Source: Zootoca vivipara (lineage: Eukaryota). From it: a stretch of DNA of 64,000 nt. This document shows positions 60,851-64,000 of this stretch, one piece after another. Position numbers and translations under genes: made by a program. The DNA lies in contig NC_083288.1 of the NCBI RefSeq assembly GCF_963506605.1, forward strand, positions 43,028,001-43,092,000, given 5' to 3'. A model generated the notes under the pieces. The model was not told the origin of the DNA, made no database searches, and saw only the letters and a list, made by a program, of their open reading frames with translations. Every line of letters begins with the position of its first letter. The first letter of the stretch is position 1.

Positions 60851-61589
60851 TGGCCACAGGTTGTATACCCCCTGGCCTGGAAGTATTTCCTTCCATCCTG
60901 TACCTCAACTATGCCCTGAAATAAGTACCATCAGGCTGTGACCTAAACCAGTCAATGGATATACTATTTTTATTTTATTTTTACCCCAAACTTATTTTGT
61001 TTGGTCAAGGAACTCTCCTCCAGAGTTCCTTGACCAAACAAAAGCTATATGACAGAGGTCCCTCTTCTCCGATTCATGCAGATCAATTGAAGAAGATTAT
61101 TCATCCCTCTCCATTCATCAAATGACTGACCAGATGACTGGGGAGGGAGAAGCTGAACCCCCAACAGATTGAAAAGCTGTGTGCATCCCAGGGTTCTCTT
61201 ATTTAAGCTGGTGTCAAAATGGTGGGGTCTTGGAAGAGGGGGGATTAAACACTGTGGTCTGGGTAGGCAGGTACTGAGCTACGGTAACAATGAAAGAAAA
61301 ATCAGGAAGAAAGGGGGATGCTTGTAAGCCACTCTGTTCATCACCCTCTTCTTCCCTCTACCATGGCCTTGCCAGGTCTTCCATTGCAGCTTGCCTGTTG
61401 TCCTCTGAAGAAGCGCCAGCACACTGGCAACAGCAGGCAGGCAATGGTGCAGCCTGCAGGAGTGATAGGGTCTAGAAGCAGTGGGTGTGGGTGTCTACAA
61501 TGGCCAAGGAGCAGAAAGAGGTGGCAAGCACAAGAAAGAGGTGGGAAGACAGGTGAACTAATACCAGTGTACTGGAGGAAGCAAAGATC

Positions 61590-62076
61590 ACCAGTGTTGA
61601 AGCAATGATTCTTCAACACCAACTTCATTGGACTGGTCATGTTGTGCGGCGACTGATGATCGTCTTCCAAAGCAACTATTCTATTCCGTACTTAAAAATG
61701 GAAAGCGTAGTGCTGGTGGTCAACAAAAGAGGTTTAAAGACTGTCTCAAGGCAAATCTAAAAAAAATGTAGTATAAACACTGACAACTGGGAAACACTGG
61801 CCTGCGAGCGCTCCAGTTGGAGAACAGCCTTTACCAAAGGTGTCATGGGCTTTGAAGAAACTCGATCTCAGGACGCAAGGGAGAAACGTGCTAGGAGGAA
61901 GGCACGCTTGGCAAATCCACACTGTGATCAACTCCCGCCTGGAAACCAATGTCCCCACTGTGGAAGGGAGTGTGGATCCAGAATTGGCCTCCACAGTCAC
62001 TTATGGACCCATTGTTAAAACCGTGTTTTTGGAAGACAATCTTACTCGGCTACGAGTGATCGTCAAAGAAGAAGAG
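61590..62076 (+). mobile_element. RTE-clade (non-BovB) LINE 3' fragment
   Basis: QLHWTGHVVR..RLPKQL..GGQQKRFKDCLK and C2H2 CPHCGRECGSRIGLHSHLWTH across frames; (GAA)n tail. Confidence 0.8.
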
Positions 62077-62790
62077 AGGCAAATGCCCAGTAGTGGTGGG
62101 TGTTAGATGCTCAGAAGCAGGTGTCTGTTGGAGGCAAGAAAGAAGACGTAGCAGCAGGGGTTGGCGGCACTGCCACAAGTTTTGTCTCAAGTGGCAAAAT
62201 GCCCCTGCCTGCCCCTGCATACTCCTATACAAGGGGGAAGCTGCCCCTGCTCCATAATAATTGAAGTTCCCATTTGAATGTTGATTCTTTCTCATTTTGT
62301 AAATCCAGCCCAAGTTAGAAAAATCTTTCTTCCTTTCCCTCCCTCCCTCCTTTCCTTCCTGACTTATTTTTCTGTTGGCCTCATCTTGCTTTTTCTTAGC
62401 TCACCTGCCACTTGCAATCCCATAAACGACCACAGGTGGCTTCTATTGAGTTGTAATAACTACATTTCCTCTGTACTAGCACAGAGAAACTACAACAGTA
62501 TTGACTCCTGCAGCCCATAATCATCAAAATTGCCATGGTTAATTCTACTTCTTTTCAAGTCCCTATAGATTTCCAGTGAACACGGCAAAACAATGAAGTC
62601 TGAATGATGTCGTTAATATTCCTTGCTCCATTTGGAGCTGGGTCTAGAGACAGATTTATACCCTTCCACCCTCCTGATTCTTTTCATTGTCAGGGCTTCC
62701 AAATCAACCTATGGTGTGATTGTTCTTGCTACTTCAGTAATCATGTTAGAAGAGTCAAATTGGTGACTGGGAGGTAGATTTTCAGTCAAT

Positions 62791-63008
62791 ATGGTACTAT
62801 TCATGGTCTCAATATTAGTGTTCCTGCCTTATATGATATGCAGTGTTCCTGTTGCCACATACACTGCTGACACTCCTCTTTCTATTATGCACAATTATTA
62901 TCATTCAGGAGATCTCATCATTGCTGGAATTATTTCTCAGATCTACATGACATTTGATTCAATGGATTTCAGAGGACATCCATCTGAGAAACTGATTGAT
63001 GATATCAT
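62791..63008 (+). CDS. V2R gene 6, exon 1 only (rest presumably beyond the window)
   Basis: Signal peptide followed by HNYYHSGDLIIAGIISQIY..DDIM. Phase-2 donor GTACGA at the position homologous to the other exon-1 donors. Confidence 0.8.
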
Positions 63009-63327
63009 GTACGAAGTAGCTGTTTTTAATCATATCATAATATCCACAGGCATTCTGATCTGATGTCTTTGGGTTTATGTGGGTGGGGAGTGATTGCCAA
63101 AAAGACAGTCGATCTGCTTTTAGACTCTTCTTGGATGCGGCTGCATCTCAATTTTTTAAGTTAGCTCTTTCACTGTAGGGTTCAGGATTTCCATGCCACA
63201 AGTTATAATTGATGGAGGTTGGCTGGGATGCATACAACATTCCAGCCTACCTACATCAGTGAGGTGTAGATAGGCAAAACTTTGATCAGGTTTAATTGCT
63301 GTTTGAAGTACTTAATTTAACATTGGA

Positions 63328-63819
63328 ATGGGAGAGATCATCAGGGGGTTTGGCTTGGGTGTTCATCAGTATGCGGATGATTCCCAGCTCTACATCTCTT
63401 TCAAATCAGAACCAGTGAAGGCGGTGAAGGTCCTCTGTGAGTGTCTGGAGGCGGTTGGAGGATGGATGGCAGCTAACAGATTGAGGTTGAATCCGGACAA
63501 GACAGAAGTACTGTTTGTGGGAGACAGGAGGAGGGCAGGTGTGGGGGACTCCCTGGTCCTGAATAGGGTAACTGTGCCCCTGAAGGACCAGGTAAGGAGC
63601 CTGGAAGTCATTTTGGACTCACAGCTGTCCATGGAGGCACAGGTTAATTCTGTATCCAGGGCAGCTGTCTATCAGCTCCATCTGGTACACAGGCTGAAGC
63701 CCGCGGACTGTCCCGCCAGAGTGGTGCATGCTCTAGTTATCTCCCGCTTGGACTACTGCAATGCGCTCTACGTGGGGCTACCTTTGAAGGTGACCCGGAA
63801 ACTACAACTAATCCAGAAT
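63328..63819 (+). mobile_element. L2 RT fragment in intron 1 of gene 6
   Basis: [26 protein letters not shown]; near-identical to 27340-27830 in opposite orientation. Confidence 0.9.
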
Positions 63820-64000
63820 AGCATAAGTACAACAATAGCAACAGCTGATATAATGATCGACTTAGGTAATTTGATAGCAAAATCAAAAATTATTACCAGC
63901 CATCTACCCTTACCCCAAGGCTCTTTCCATTACTGGAATTCTGGTAGCTCATCATTCTATTACCAATGACAGTTTTCCTGCAACTTGCCGGAGTGCTGTC

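Overview
Vertebrate genomic DNA, most likely from a lacertid lizard (inferred from Sauria/Squam SINEs, Bov-B, and lizard-type L2, CR1 and Penelope repeats). The window is a tandem cluster of vomeronasal type-2 receptor (V2R, class C GPCR) genes, all on the + strand. There are five complete six-exon genes with intact frames and GT-AG junctions (about 869-891 aa) and exon 1 of a sixth. Genes 1-3 lie in a recent ~10-11 kb tandem segmental duplication. Genes 1 and 2 appear chimeric: exons 1-3 match gene 3, exons 4-6 come from a different paralog, and fossil exon-4 and exon-3 fragments mark the fusion junction in intron 3. Introns and spacers are full of transposon fragments, several with clear target-site duplications (TSDs) and empty sites in the paralogous units. 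Best leads: (i) an LTR-like family carrying a covarying U-rich internal-loop hairpin that resembles an ENE poly(A)-clamp, with one copy inserted at the stop codon of gene 4; (ii) a 20-nt motif conserved upstream of five V2R genes; (iii) a CpG-rich Pack-type hAT element; (iv) a minimal Penelope hammerhead ribozyme. One assembly gap lies at 56857-56984. All family names come from motif recognition, not database searches.
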